From: Spirochaetaceae bacterium
GTDB lineage: Bacteria; Spirochaetota; Spirochaetia; DSM-2461
Length of the DNA: 64,000 nucleotides
Assembly (NCBI GenBank): GCA_051531975.1
Contig: JAOPTT010000007.1
Span: forward strand, 24,985 to 88,984
Direction of reading: 5' to 3'
Position numbers and translations under genes: made by a program. Of this stretch, positions 18,152 to 28,970 are shown in pieces (position 1 is the stretch's first letter; the number at the start of each line of letters is the position of its first letter). The notes below the pieces were generated by a model. That model ran no database searches. It had not been told where the DNA came from and worked only from the letters and a program-made list of their open reading frames with translations.

Positions 18152-19735
18152 ATGAACAATAGACCTAAATCGACACATTGGGCGGATATAACCGCTGAAA
18201 AAATTATAAGAGAGAAAGGTGATAAAGAGGTATATACTTGTGCTTCTGGTATTACTCCTTCAGGAACTGTACACATTGGTAACTTCAGAGAGATAATCTC
18301 GGTAGACCTGACAGTAAAAGCACTTAGGGATATGGGTAAAAACGTAAGATTTATCTATTCCTGGGACGACTATGACGTTTTTAGAAAAGTACCAAAAGAT
18401 ATGCCAAAACAGGAAGAGATGGCTACTTATTTAAGAAAGCCAATAGTTTTAGTTCCTGATTTTTTAGATGGCGAAGATAGTTATGCAAAAGCAAACGAAA
18501 AAAGATTGGAAAAATTACTACCAAAAGTAGGGGTTTATCCAGAATATATATATCAGGCAGTTAAATACAGAAAATCTGACTATGCCGATGGCATGAAAAC
18601 AGCTCTTGTTAATAGAGACGTTATTAGACGTGAACTAAATGGTAGTCGAACAACTGATTTAGCCGCAGACTGGTGGCCAATATCAGTTTTTTGTTCAAAA
18701 TGTGACAGAGATACAACAACTGTTTTAGACTGGGATGGGGATTATAGTGTTCACTATTCATGTGAATGTGGAAATGATGAAACTGTGGATATGCGAAATA
18801 CTCCTTGGGTTAAACTACCATGGAGAATTGACTGGCCCATGCGTTGGGCATACGAAGGTGTAGATTTTGAACCTGCGGGTAAAGATCATCATACTGATGG
18901 TGGTAGTTTTGATACTGCGAAGTTAACTGGTAAAGAAGTATATAACCATGAACCTCCAGTAACATTTCAATATGATTTTATATCTACTAAAGGTAGGGGT
19001 GGAAAAATGTCGTCCTCTGCTGGTGGAGTCATATCTCTATCAGAAGTTTTAGAAGTTTATCAACCAGAAGTTGTTAGATATCTTTTTGCAGGAACCAGAC
19101 CAAACTCAGAATTCGCAATCTCATTTGATCTTGATGTATTAAAAATATATGAAGATTATGACAAATGTGAAAGAACATATTTTAGTAAACCTGAAACAGA
19201 TAAGCAGATTAAAAAGTGGGCTAAAGAAGCCAGAATATATGAACTATCACAAATTGGTGATATTCCAACAGAAATGCCTTATCAGATAGCAATTAGGCAA
19301 TTAACAATACTTCTAAGTATTCATGAAGGTAATATTGATAAAGTTATTGAAATATTAGCTGACGTTAAACAGGGCCAAATAAAAAGACTTAGAAATAGGT
19401 GTGAGTGTACTATTAATTGGGCCAGAGATTTTGCGCCAGAGGATTTTAAGTTTAATATTAATAAGGGAACTGAAGATCTACTTGAGGTTAATGACCAAGA
19501 GAGAACAATATTACAACTATTATCAAAAGCTGTAGATGAAAACCTTGGCAAAGTAACAGAAAAAGAATTTGGTGTTAAGGTATACGATGTTGCTAGAGAA
19601 GTTGGTGTTGAATCAGGTGATATGTTTCCATTAATTTATAGAGCAATAATTGGTAAAGAGAAAGGACCTAGACTAATATCCTTTTTATGCACTATAGGGC
19701 GTGAAAAATTATTAAAAGTTATATCTAGATATTAA
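18152..19735 (+). CDS. lysS: Lysine--tRNA ligase, class I
   Basis: HWAD, SGITPSGTVHIGN, WRIDWPMRW, EPAGKDH, KMSSS, GPRL. Confidence 0.97.
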   Translation: MNNRPKSTHWADITAEKIIREKGDKEVYTCASGITPSGTVHIGNFREIISVDLTVKALRDMGKNVRFIYSWDDYDVFRKVPKDMPKQEEMATYLRKPIVLVPDFLDGEDSYAKANEKRLEKLLPKVGVYPEYIYQAVKYRKSDYADGMKTALVNRDVIRRELNGSRTTDLAADWWPISVFCSKCDRDTTTVLDWDGDYSVHYSCECGNDETVDMRNTPWVKLPWRIDWPMRWAYEGVDFEPAGKDHHTDGGSFDTAKLTGKEVYNHEPPVTFQYDFISTKGRGGKMSSSAGGVISLSEVLEVYQPEVVRYLFAGTRPNSEFAISFDLDVLKIYEDYDKCERTYFSKPETDKQIKKWAKEARIYELSQIGDIPTEMPYQIAIRQLTILLSIHEGNIDKVIEILADVKQGQIKRLRNRCECTINWARDFAPEDFKFNINKGTEDLLEVNDQERTILQLLSKAVDENLGKVTEKEFGVKVYDVAREVGVESGDMFPLIYRAIIGKEKGPRLISFLCTIGREKLLKVISRY

Positions 19736-19755
19736 ACATTCAGTTAATTAACAGT

Positions 19756-19790
19756 AAAACCAGATAGATATTAACCTATCTGGTTTTTTT
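19756..19790. terminator. Terminator between convergent lysS and plsC
   Basis: aaaaccagatag...ctatctggttttttt. Confidence 0.85.
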
Positions 19791-19802
19791 GTGGTTAGTA
19801 TT

Positions 19803-20546
19803 TTAAATAGCGTAAAGTTTATCTAGTTCGTCTTTTTTATTTTGTATCGCTGCTTTTACTAAGTTTGATAACTCTTTTGTTTTATATTCCCCTGGTTCTA
19901 TTGGATCTAGGAAGTACATATTCATAACAATCTTCTTTGAAAAAATAAACCCTTTCTCTGGCATAGCTTTATGATTTCCATAGTTTAATACAGGTAGTAT
20001 TTTTCTATTACATTTTCTAGCTAATAAAGATGCTCCATCTCTAAACTTTCCCATCTCTCCAGTTTTGCTTCTAGTTCCTTCAGGAAATATAGCTATTGAG
20101 ACTCCACTGTTTAAAAAGTACTCACAACTTCTCATCATTTTAAATTGGCTTTTTGGATCTTTTCTATCTAATAATACATACTTAGCCATTGCCATCATCC
20201 ACCCTAAACATGGGATGTAAGTTAACTCTTTTTTAGAGACCCATTTAAGTTTAAGTTTTGTCGTGGATAACATACATATATCAACTAGGGACTGATGATT
20301 TGGTGCAATAACAAATGTTTCATTTTTATCAACATTTTCTAAGCCATGAACCTTTGTTCTCCAAAACGGATTCAGTGCTGTGATCATGTATCCTACAGCA
20401 CTATTCATGAAGTTATTTGATAATCTATTTTTATCAAAGGGAGTTGTTACTAACCATACAATACCACACACTGGGGTATAAAGGATCATAAACGTTCCTA
20501 ATAAAACGTAGTACATTATGGATCCTAAAAAATTAATTATTATCAT
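19803..20546 (-). CDS. plsC: 1-acyl-sn-glycerol-3-phosphate acyltransferase
   Basis: NHQSLVD and IFPEGTRS motifs. Confidence 0.88.
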   Translation of the reverse strand: MIIINFLGSIMYYVLLGTFMILYTPVCGIVWLVTTPFDKNRLSNNFMNSAVGYMITALNPFWRTKVHGLENVDKNETFVIAPNHQSLVDICMLSTTKLKLKWVSKKELTYIPCLGWMMAMAKYVLLDRKDPKSQFKMMRSCEYFLNSGVSIAIFPEGTRSKTGEMGKFRDGASLLARKCNRKILPVLNYGNHKAMPEKGFIFSKKIVMNMYFLDPIEPGEYKTKELSNLVKAAIQNKKDELDKLYAI

Positions 20547-21421
20547 TTTAATATTCCTTTAAGTAAGTAGTCTTTTCTTCTCCATCTTTTATTAACTTTT
20601 ACTCTAAGGTCAAGTTTTATTTTGTATGGAAATATTTTATTTAGCTCTCTTTGGGCTCCCAATCTAATTTTTTTAATAGTTTCACCTTTGTGGCCAATAA
20701 CAAAACCTTTTTGACTCTCTTGCTCGACAGTTAAAAATGCTCTAACCCACATAGTATTCTCTTCTGGTTTATACTCTGTGTCCGCCATTTCTACATAAAT
20801 AGCGTGAGGGACTTCATCTTTTACCCGACGAATAGCTTTCTCTCTAATAATCTCTGCCATTCTAAACTCTGGTTCCTGATCTGTGTAATACTCCGGTGGG
20901 TACATAAAAGGCCCCTCTGGGCAGCTTTCTATAAGAGTCTCTTTAAGAATATCAATTCCTTGTTCTTTTAATGCAGATACTTCAAGGATAGCTTTAGGTT
21001 TTACATTTGCTAATAACATTCCTCTCATTTCCATTAGTAGTTTGGATTTAATATCTGTCTTATTTAAAACTAATATTAAGGGTTTTCCACTTTTATTAAC
21101 AAGATCAATAATCTCTTGTTCCTCTTTCCCAAGGGGTCTAGTTGAATCAACTACATACATAACAACATCAGCTTCACTTATGGATGAGTGAACAGCTTCC
21201 ATCATGTAGTTATTAAATTTTTTATCAGAGATATGGTAACCAGGAGTATCTAAAAATACTACCTGTCCTTTTTCCTGATCCGTAAAGATTCCACGTATCT
21301 TATTTCGTGTTGTTTGTGGGCTAGCAGCTGTAATTGATATTTTGTATCCACAAATAGTGTTTAATAGTGTCGATTTCCCTGCAGAAGGGCGTCCGATAAT
21401 TGCAATAAATCCTGATTTCAT
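20543..21421 (-). CDS. era: GTPase Era
   Basis: GRPSAGKST, PQTTR, DTPG, NKTD, EIIREK, KH domain. Confidence 0.97.
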   Translation of the reverse strand: MKSGFIAIIGRPSAGKSTLLNTICGYKISITAASPQTTRNKIRGIFTDQEKGQVVFLDTPGYHISDKKFNNYMMEAVHSSISEADVVMYVVDSTRPLGKEEQEIIDLVNKSGKPLILVLNKTDIKSKLLMEMRGMLLANVKPKAILEVSALKEQGIDILKETLIESCPEGPFMYPPEYYTDQEPEFRMAEIIREKAIRRVKDEVPHAIYVEMADTEYKPEENTMWVRAFLTVEQESQKGFVIGHKGETIKKIRLGAQRELNKIFPYKIKLDLRVKVNKRWRRKDYLLKGILK

Positions 21422-21534
21422 GGTTAAATAATAGACTATTATTGTTAAAAAAAATATACCTTTAACAAAAAATAAAATTTGAATATGATAGAGTACGTAT
21501 TATAGTATAGTAATAACCCTCAAAGGAAGTTTAA

Positions 21535-22134
21535 ATGTATAGAAGATTAGAAGAAGATGGCGAAAGAAAAATGCCACCAATGCCGGCTCCAGATGAATTA
21601 GCACAAAAGATGCTTAAAACTAGAACCATTTTGTTAGCTGGTGAGATAAATAAAGAGCTAGGGGAAAAAATTGTTAAACAACTACTTCTTCTAGAGGCTG
21701 ATAGCGATGAACCTATTAAAATATTTATCGATTCTCCAGGTGGAGATGCAGATGCAGGTTATGCAATATATGACATGATAAGATTTATTAAACCAGATGT
21801 TTTTACTATTGGTATGGGACTTGTAGCAAGTGCTGGAGCGTTAGTTTTATTGGCAGCACCAAAAGAGAGACGTATTGGTTTACCAAACTCCCACTATTTA
21901 ATCCATCAACCATTAAGTGGAATGAAAGGTGTAGCGTCTGATCTTCAGATACATGCTGAAGAAATTGAGAAGTTAAGACATAAAATAAATGTATTAATTT
22001 CAGATGAGACTGGTCAAACTGTTGAAAAGGTAAGCGGCGACACTGATCGAGATTTCTGGATGAGTGCACAAGAATCTGTAGACTACGGTCTTTTATCCAG
22101 AATTGTAGTAACTAGAGAAGATCTGGAGAAATAA
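21535..22134 (+). CDS. clpP: ATP-dependent Clp protease proteolytic subunit
   Basis: IDSPGG, GLVASAG (Ser), LIHQP (His), DRD. Confidence 0.95.
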   Translation: MYRRLEEDGERKMPPMPAPDELAQKMLKTRTILLAGEINKELGEKIVKQLLLLEADSDEPIKIFIDSPGGDADAGYAIYDMIRFIKPDVFTIGMGLVASAGALVLLAAPKERRIGLPNSHYLIHQPLSGMKGVASDLQIHAEEIEKLRHKINVLISDETGQTVEKVSGDTDRDFWMSAQESVDYGLLSRIVVTREDLEK

Positions 22135-23090
22135 TGACTGATAGAATCCATGCTGCTTTAAACAATACTTTCTCGGAATTAGATAATAGTGATAATAGGC
22201 TTAAAGGTAAACTAATAAAAGCTAAGGTTAGAGATATTGTTGATTTAGGCTCTACTTTGGTTTTAACTACATCGGATAGGATTTCAGCTTTTGATGTAGT
22301 TCTTGGGACAATACCTTTTAAGGGTGAAGTTTTAAATAGATTATCTCTGTATTGGTTTAAAAATACTGAGGATATTATCCAGAATCATATTATTTCTGGA
22401 GTTTCACCAAGAAGTATTCATGTTAATAAATGCCAGGTATTACCAATTGAAGTAATTGTCCGTGGTTATTTAACAGGCTCAGCATGGAGGGATTATAGTA
22501 ATGGTAATCCTGTATCAGGTTTAACAATCCCAACTGGGATGAAAATGGATCAAAAATTTGAGACTCCACTTTTAACTCCTTCTACAAAAGCAGAACAAGG
22601 TGACCACGATCAACCTATTTCATCGGTCGATATTGTAAAAAAAGGTTTAGTTTCTAAAGAGTTATGGGCACAAGTAGAAGATGTAGCTTTTAAACTTTTT
22701 GAAAGAGGTACTAAACTTGCTGCTAAAAGAGGACTTATTTTAGTTGATACAAAGTATGAATTTGGATTATTAGATGGAAAACTCGTTATTATTGATGAAG
22801 TACATACTCCTGATTCTAGTCGTTTTTGGTATCAAGACTCTTATTCTGGTTCTTTTGAAAAAGGTGAACAGCAAAAAAAAGTTGATAAAGAATTTTTAAG
22901 ACAATGGTTAATAGATCAGGGATTTATGGGTCATGGTGATGCACCAGAACTTACAACTTCTATGAGAGTAGAGGTTGCACTTAAGTATATTGAAGCCTTT
23001 GAATTAATAACTGGTGAAAAATTTGTACCAAGTGAGTTAAGTTTTGAAGCAGAGAGAGAAAAAATCATTAAGTATATAGAGAATCTATAA
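22134..23090 (+). CDS. purC: SAICAR synthetase
   Basis: KVRD, SDRISAFD, EVIVRGYLTGS, TPSTKA, DTKYEFG, DEVHTPDSSRFW. Confidence 0.96.
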   Translation: MTDRIHAALNNTFSELDNSDNRLKGKLIKAKVRDIVDLGSTLVLTTSDRISAFDVVLGTIPFKGEVLNRLSLYWFKNTEDIIQNHIISGVSPRSIHVNKCQVLPIEVIVRGYLTGSAWRDYSNGNPVSGLTIPTGMKMDQKFETPLLTPSTKAEQGDHDQPISSVDIVKKGLVSKELWAQVEDVAFKLFERGTKLAAKRGLILVDTKYEFGLLDGKLVIIDEVHTPDSSRFWYQDSYSGSFEKGEQQKKVDKEFLRQWLIDQGFMGHGDAPELTTSMRVEVALKYIEAFELITGEKFVPSELSFEAEREKIIKYIENL

Positions 23091-23091
23091 G

Positions 23092-23118
23092 AAGAGTCCT
23101 TAGGGACTCTTTTTTTTT
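23092..23118 (+). terminator. Rho-independent terminator
   Basis: aagagtcc-ttag-ggactctt + T9. Confidence 0.85.
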
Positions 23119-23128
23119 GGAGTAAAAA

Positions 23129-24109
23129 ATGATTAGAGTCTTTGTATTATTGTTGGTTATATTAACATCCTGTTGTCTGCCCCAGTCAGACATAGAATCT
23201 GAAATTACTATTATGAGCTGGAATGTACAAAATCTATTTGATGGGAATGATGATGGAGATGAATATGATAGCTTTTCAGTAGCTAAGGGAATGTGGTCTG
23301 AAAATTTATATACTCGTAGACTGGAACTGTTATCAAAAATTATACTGTTAAACAAACCAGATATTATTGCATTTCAGGAAATTGAAGGTTTGAAGGTTCT
23401 ACAGGATTTGCAAAACGATTATCTATCTGAATACAGATATTTAGTCTCAACTGATACTGAAAGTGCAATTGAACTAGGGTTTCTATCTAAATATTCAATT
23501 GATAATGTTGGTTTTATAGATCCTAATAGCGATAGTTATGGTCTAAGACCTTTATTGGAAGTTACCTTTAATATTGATGGGAACGAGTTAGTTGTTATAA
23601 ATAACCATTGGAAATCAAAAGCTGGTGCTTTTAGTGAACATCTTCGTATTGAAAGTAGTGTGGCTTTAAAAAAGAGAATCCTCGAATTACAAGACTCAGA
23701 AGTTGTAGTCCTTGGAGATCTAAATGAAAACTATAATGAGTATCAACTTAGGCATAAATCTTTTAATACAGCTCTAATGTATAATGAGGTTGGTGATGGT
23801 ATAACCATAAAAGATAGTACGACTATTGAAAATGATCAGCTATATACAGTTTGGCCAGATTCAGAGTTTCCTGGATCTTATAACTACAAGGGGTCATGGG
23901 AAACTATTGATCACTTTTTACTAAATTCAAAACTTTTGGACGATGAGGGATTTAATTTTATAGAATTTAGTGTTGATTCAAGGGATATACTGTTTAGTGG
24001 TAGTGGGGATGTAAAAAAATGGATTACCGATTTAGGTATTGGATATTCTGATCATTTACCAATAATTTTATCATTAGGGGTAGAATCTGTAGAAACTACT
24101 CTGGAATAA
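23129..24109 (+). CDS. Endonuclease/exonuclease/phosphatase family lipoprotein
   Basis: Lipobox LTSC; SWNVQNLFD, FQEIE, NHWKSK, GDLN, IDH, SDHLP. Confidence 0.9.
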   Translation: MIRVFVLLLVILTSCCLPQSDIESEITIMSWNVQNLFDGNDDGDEYDSFSVAKGMWSENLYTRRLELLSKIILLNKPDIIAFQEIEGLKVLQDLQNDYLSEYRYLVSTDTESAIELGFLSKYSIDNVGFIDPNSDSYGLRPLLEVTFNIDGNELVVINNHWKSKAGAFSEHLRIESSVALKKRILELQDSEVVVLGDLNENYNEYQLRHKSFNTALMYNEVGDGITIKDSTTIENDQLYTVWPDSEFPGSYNYKGSWETIDHFLLNSKLLDDEGFNFIEFSVDSRDILFSGSGDVKKWITDLGIGYSDHLPIILSLGVESVETTLE

Positions 24110-24887
24110 GTTCTTCTGTTTCGTCTATTAGTTTTTCACACTGATTTAATGACAGTTTTAGGTTTTTAAGATGACTATTTGAAACTGAAAATTGTTTTTT
24201 TAATCTAGAGTAGTTACCTCTAAGTGCCTCGATCTTTTCCATTATCTCATTTTGTCTCTGATTAAATGTAAATCCTTTTAATCCATAAACCACAGTTTGG
24301 ATAAGACTAAATAGTGAGGAAGGGCTGGCAGGTAATACACCAATTGATAACAGTTGATTCAGTAGTTCCCCATCTGTAGCTACAAATGCTCTGTAATAAA
24401 GTTTCTCTGATGGAATATACATTACTGCAAAGTTAAGGGTTCCTTCTAAAGGAAGTATATATCTGTTTGCAATATCATTCCCATGTTTAAGAAATGTTTT
24501 GATTACCTGATTAGTTAGTGGTTTTTCTGATAACAATATATCCTTTACACTCTGAATTGGAAACTTTGAATCAATGGGAATTATATATTTACCTGTCTTT
24601 ATCATTGCATCAACTCTGGCGCCACTTTTAAACCCATATTGAAACTCATATGCACCAATTGGTAAGTAGTTCTTTATTAATTCTTTTAAAAGAGTTTCAC
24701 CTGCTTCACCCCTAAGATATGGAAGAGTAAATACCATGTTTAACTCTCTAACTTCCCGTTCAATTGAATCAATTTTAGAGAGTTGAGTCTGTATGTTAGA
24801 CGATGAACTTGAAAATTTACTTTTTACTACGTAAATAATGAGAAGTATAAAAAGGCATATGTTTATAATTACTGATAAATATAACAT
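24096..24887 (-). CDS. rmuC: DNA recombination protein RmuC family
   Basis: RGEAGE, RVDA, IPIDSKFP, IANRYI, FAVMYIPSE. Confidence 0.88.
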   Translation of the reverse strand: MLYLSVIINICLFILLIIYVVKSKFSSSSSNIQTQLSKIDSIEREVRELNMVFTLPYLRGEAGETLLKELIKNYLPIGAYEFQYGFKSGARVDAMIKTGKYIIPIDSKFPIQSVKDILLSEKPLTNQVIKTFLKHGNDIANRYILPLEGTLNFAVMYIPSEKLYYRAFVATDGELLNQLLSIGVLPASPSSLFSLIQTVVYGLKGFTFNQRQNEIMEKIEALRGNYSRLKKQFSVSNSHLKNLKLSLNQCEKLIDETEELIPE

Positions 24888-24942
24888 AGGTTCACTATAA
24901 CTTATTAATCTCCTTGATAAAACTGATATATGTAAATAAAAT

Positions 24943-26229
24943 ATGAACGTGGAAAGATATAAAAGCAGAGAAGAGTATGAAAAAGCATTGGAGTTAAGAT
25001 CTAAGCTACCAAAGGGATTTAAGGTAGGGGTTCAGCCCTTAAGCTTTTTCCCTGCAGAGAGAGAGTTAGATAATCCGTTATCTATGAATTTGTCCCTAAT
25101 ATTATTAGATAAACCAACAGAATCATTTGCAGGTGTTTTTACTAAAAATAGATTCCCTGGACATCCAATAACACATGGGCGAAATATGTTAGAAAAGAAG
25201 TTTACTCAAGGTATTCTTATTAATAATAAAATTTCAAATGTGAGATGTCCCGATGGAATGGCCTCAATAGAGACTATTTTAACAGCTTTAGGAGATGAAC
25301 TAAATATTGATAAGGATCTCTTCTTTTCATCATCAACTGGGATCATAGGGTGGAAACTTCCTGTCTTAGATATAATTAATACATTAGATTATCTAAATAA
25401 TAATCTTAATAATAGTTCCATATTACCTATTGCAAAAGGTATTATGACCACGGATAATTTTCCTAAAGTTAGGAGTCTTGATATCGCCGGAGGTAGAATC
25501 GTTGCTATTGCTAAAGGTGCAGGAATGATTGAACCTAATATGGCTACTATGTTGGTTTTTATCTTGACTGATATAAAGATATCTAAAGAAACATTAAGTG
25601 ATGTTCTTAAGAGGGTCATGGATAAAACTTTTAATAGAATTTCTATAGATAGTGATCAAAGTACAAGTGATACGGGGCTAGTTTTTAGTTCTAATTTAGT
25701 CGAAGGTGTCACTACAAAGCAGTTCGAAGAATCATTGTTAAATATTTGCTCAGACCTAAGCCAAGATGTTGTACGGAATGGAGAAGGAACTGCTCATGTT
25801 ATCCAGGTTACAGTTAAAGGTGTAAAAAAACAGTCTGATGGACAACTAATAGGTAAAGCTATTATAAATGCACCTCTTTTAAAAGCAGCCATATACGGAA
25901 ATGATCCTAATTTAGGTCGGATTATCCAAGCTATCGGAGATGTTGCTGGAAATGAATGTATTGATATAGATCCAGAAAAATTAACCCTAAAAATGGGTGG
26001 TGAAACTCTCTATGAAAATGGTACATTTATCCTGAGCCAAGAGCTTGAATTAAAAATGAGTAACTACTTAAAAGATCGTGCATTTAATGAAAAAGCTATT
26101 GGTTATCCAGAGCATAGGAATAATGTAGAAATTGTGGTAGATTTGCATAACGGAAACGATGCTGTAACTGTTTATGGCTCTGATCTATCATACGAATATG
26201 TAAGAGAAAATGCAGATTACAGATCTTAA
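24943..26229 (+). CDS. argJ: Bifunctional ornithine acetyltransferase/N-acetylglutamate synthase
   Basis: STGIIG, IMTTD, AKGAGMIEPNMATML, GNDPNLGR, YVRENADYRS. Confidence 0.95.
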   Translation: MNVERYKSREEYEKALELRSKLPKGFKVGVQPLSFFPAERELDNPLSMNLSLILLDKPTESFAGVFTKNRFPGHPITHGRNMLEKKFTQGILINNKISNVRCPDGMASIETILTALGDELNIDKDLFFSSSTGIIGWKLPVLDIINTLDYLNNNLNNSSILPIAKGIMTTDNFPKVRSLDIAGGRIVAIAKGAGMIEPNMATMLVFILTDIKISKETLSDVLKRVMDKTFNRISIDSDQSTSDTGLVFSSNLVEGVTTKQFEESLLNICSDLSQDVVRNGEGTAHVIQVTVKGVKKQSDGQLIGKAIINAPLLKAAIYGNDPNLGRIIQAIGDVAGNECIDIDPEKLTLKMGGETLYENGTFILSQELELKMSNYLKDRAFNEKAIGYPEHRNNVEIVVDLHNGNDAVTVYGSDLSYEYVRENADYRS

Positions 26230-26251
26230 AAAATATAATAAGGATTAATTA

Positions 26252-27229
26252 GTGAAGGAAACGGAAGTTAATGATCGGTTACTAGAAGCCGGAAAAATAA
26301 TACAAAGTGCCAGAGCAGAGATCGGTACACGAATTGTTGGACAGGCCGGGTTTATAGATGGACTTATAATGGGTATTATTGCTGGTGGCCATATCTTAGT
26401 CGAAGGTGTTCCAGGCCTTGCAAAAACATTAGCAGTTAGTACTCTATCAGATGTATTTGATACAGAGTTTAAAAGGATACAGTTCACACCAGATTTGCTG
26501 CCTGCTGACCTTATAGGTACAATGATATTTAAACAAAAAACTGGTGATTTTGTTCCTCGGAAGGGTCCAATTTTTTCAAATATAATTTTAGCAGATGAGA
26601 TTAATAGAGCACCTGCTAAAGTTCAAGCTGCTCTTCTTGAAGCTATGGCAGAGAAGCAGGTTACAATTGGTGGAAATACTTATGAACTACCAACTCCGTT
26701 TTTTGTATTAGCTACACAAAACCCAATAGAGCAAGAAGGTACTTATCAGTTGCCTGAAGCACAACTCGATAGGTTCATGATGAAGTTATTAGTTGGTTAT
26801 CCAAGCCCAGAAGAAGAGTTACAGATACTGAAACTAATGGGTAAAGATACAAAAATTGATGTTAAGAAAATACTTACTCCAGATAATATTGATCTACTTA
26901 GGAAAGCTGCTGAAAGTGTAGATATGGATGAGATGATAGAAAAATATATCGTTTCAATTGTAACTGCGTCTAGGGTGAGAGATAGAAAATATCCATTTGT
27001 TAGACTTATTGAATTTGGAGCATCCCCTAGAGCAACAATCTTCATCTATAGGTGTAGTAAAGTCCGAGCTCTATTTGAAGGTCGAGATTATGTATTGCCA
27101 GAAGATGTAAAAAGTGTTGTATACGATGTATTAAGACACCGAATTGTTCTGTCCTACGAAGCAGAAGCAGAAGCCTTAACTTCTGATGATGTAATTAAAG
27201 AGATTTTAGCTTCAGTTCCGGTACCATAA
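26252..27229 (+). CDS. moxR: MoxR family AAA+ ATPase
   Basis: GVPGLAKT, RIQFTPDLLPAD, DEINRA, ATQNPIEQEGTY, GASPRA. Confidence 0.95.
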   Translation: MKETEVNDRLLEAGKIIQSARAEIGTRIVGQAGFIDGLIMGIIAGGHILVEGVPGLAKTLAVSTLSDVFDTEFKRIQFTPDLLPADLIGTMIFKQKTGDFVPRKGPIFSNIILADEINRAPAKVQAALLEAMAEKQVTIGGNTYELPTPFFVLATQNPIEQEGTYQLPEAQLDRFMMKLLVGYPSPEEELQILKLMGKDTKIDVKKILTPDNIDLLRKAAESVDMDEMIEKYIVSIVTASRVRDRKYPFVRLIEFGASPRATIFIYRCSKVRALFEGRDYVLPEDVKSVVYDVLRHRIVLSYEAEAEALTSDDVIKEILASVPVP

Positions 27230-28101
27230 TGGAAGATGTTGACTTCTCCGGGAGAGTAAAACGTTTACAAATTATCTCAACACAGTTAATAGAGGGAATG
27301 TTCTCTGGTAATTATCGTTCAACATTTAAAGGCCCTGGGCTTGAGTTTAACGAAGTAAGAGAGTACCAAGATGGGGATGATGTCCGATTTATCGATTGGA
27401 ATGTAACATCTCGAATGCAAGCTCCCTATACTAAAACATTTAAAGAAGAGCGAGAACTAATTCTTAACATTGTTATGGATGTTTCTGCCTCATTATCTGA
27501 AGTTGGTGGTGGGAAAAGTAAAAGAGCTGTAGCCGAAACACTTTTTGGTATTTTAGCTTTTACTGCTGTTGCTAATAACGATAGAGTTGGAGTTTTAATG
27601 TTCTCAGATATAATTGAACATTCAGTTTCGGCAATGAAAGGTAAAAAACATGTACTTAGGCTTATTCACGATGTTTTAACATTAAAACCCAAAGGAAAAG
27701 GTTCTGACATGGCTCTGGCATTAAGAACTGCTCAGGAGTCAATGAAGAAGCGTGGTATATGTTTTATTCTTTCAGATTTTAGATCGGCAAATTATGATAA
27801 AGAGCTGTCAATTTTATCTAGAAAACAAGATGTAATTGCTGTAAGAATTATAGATAGATTAGATAGAGAGTATCCAAGTACCGGATTAATTCCTTTAGAA
27901 GATCCAGAAACAGGTAAACTTATATATGGTTTTGGGCGAAGTAAACGTTTCAGAAAAGAGTATAGAGAGTTTTGGGAATTAGAGAGACTGCAATGGATTA
28001 ATAACTGTAAAAAACTTGGCATAGGAGTTCTGGAGGTGGATACTGAAGAGGACCCAGGTCAAGCTCTGCTTAAGTTTTTTAACAAAAGGAAGAAACGATG
28101 A
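27229..28101 (+). CDS. DUF58 domain protein
   Basis: GLEFNEVREY..GDDVRFIDWNVT, EEREL, DVSAS, SDF. Confidence 0.92.
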   Translation: MEDVDFSGRVKRLQIISTQLIEGMFSGNYRSTFKGPGLEFNEVREYQDGDDVRFIDWNVTSRMQAPYTKTFKEERELILNIVMDVSASLSEVGGGKSKRAVAETLFGILAFTAVANNDRVGVLMFSDIIEHSVSAMKGKKHVLRLIHDVLTLKPKGKGSDMALALRTAQESMKKRGICFILSDFRSANYDKELSILSRKQDVIAVRIIDRLDREYPSTGLIPLEDPETGKLIYGFGRSKRFRKEYREFWELERLQWINNCKKLGIGVLEVDTEEDPGQALLKFFNKRKKR

Positions 28102-28970
28102 GAAAACTTCTATTATTGTTATCTCTATTAATCTCTTTTTTTATATTTTCTGAAGAATTAGTTGTAACCAAAACAGTTTATACTCCTAAAGATTTTTATG
28201 TGGGAGATATGGTTACACTACATGTTTATGTTGAGACGCCCTTCGATAGTGAACTTGATAGTTATATAAAACCTCAAGTTGGAGAATGGATACAGATAAA
28301 AAGTGTTAACTTAATAGATAGTGGGCCAGAAGAGTCAGTTATCAGAATCGCCTTTACTTCTTTTGCTCCTGGTCTTAGGGTTGTTCCAGATATATCCTTT
28401 GGAGAACACGTTTTACATGAACTAAAGATTCAGACTTTGTCAATATTAGATGATCAATTCACTGACCTTCAGCCATTAGCTCAGCAAATGGTTCCTCCTG
28501 GTACAAACCTATTAGTAGTGTTTGTTTTAATAGGTTTGGTCTTTGGTCCATATTTATTGTTTCTAATAATCAGGATTTTATACAAATCTATAAAAATAGC
28601 GATTAAAAAATACAAAAGAGAAAAACCATTTAGGAATTATTATAAAATTCTAAGACAACTTAGAAACGAAATTGATGAAAGTAGTGTTCGAACATTTTAT
28701 GTTATTGTCACTGAGCAACTTCGTATATATCTTTCTGTCAGGTTTAATAAAGATTTTTCATCTGCAACTACATTAGAGATGGATAAACTTCTAAGATTCA
28801 TTTTAGATACAGACTCAACCGAAGAACTACTATCTATATGTAGATTTGCAGATTTAGTTAAATTTAGCCATAACAATGCTTCTACCCTGCATAGAGAGAA
28901 AGATTTAAGAACAATTGTAGATATCGTTCATGGATTAGAAGGTAAGGAGGGACATAGTGCTCGTATTTAA
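28098..28970 (+). CDS. Bat-operon associated membrane protein
   Basis: Signal peptide, TM helix, TTxE and ADLVKF motifs typical for the gene between DUF58 and batA. Confidence 0.75.
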   Translation: MRKLLLLLSLLISFFIFSEELVVTKTVYTPKDFYVGDMVTLHVYVETPFDSELDSYIKPQVGEWIQIKSVNLIDSGPEESVIRIAFTSFAPGLRVVPDISFGEHVLHELKIQTLSILDDQFTDLQPLAQQMVPPGTNLLVVFVLIGLVFGPYLLFLIIRILYKSIKIAIKKYKREKPFRNYYKILRQLRNEIDESSVRTFYVIVTEQLRIYLSVRFNKDFSSATTLEMDKLLRFILDTDSTEELLSICRFADLVKFSHNNASTLHREKDLRTIVDIVHGLEGKEGHSARI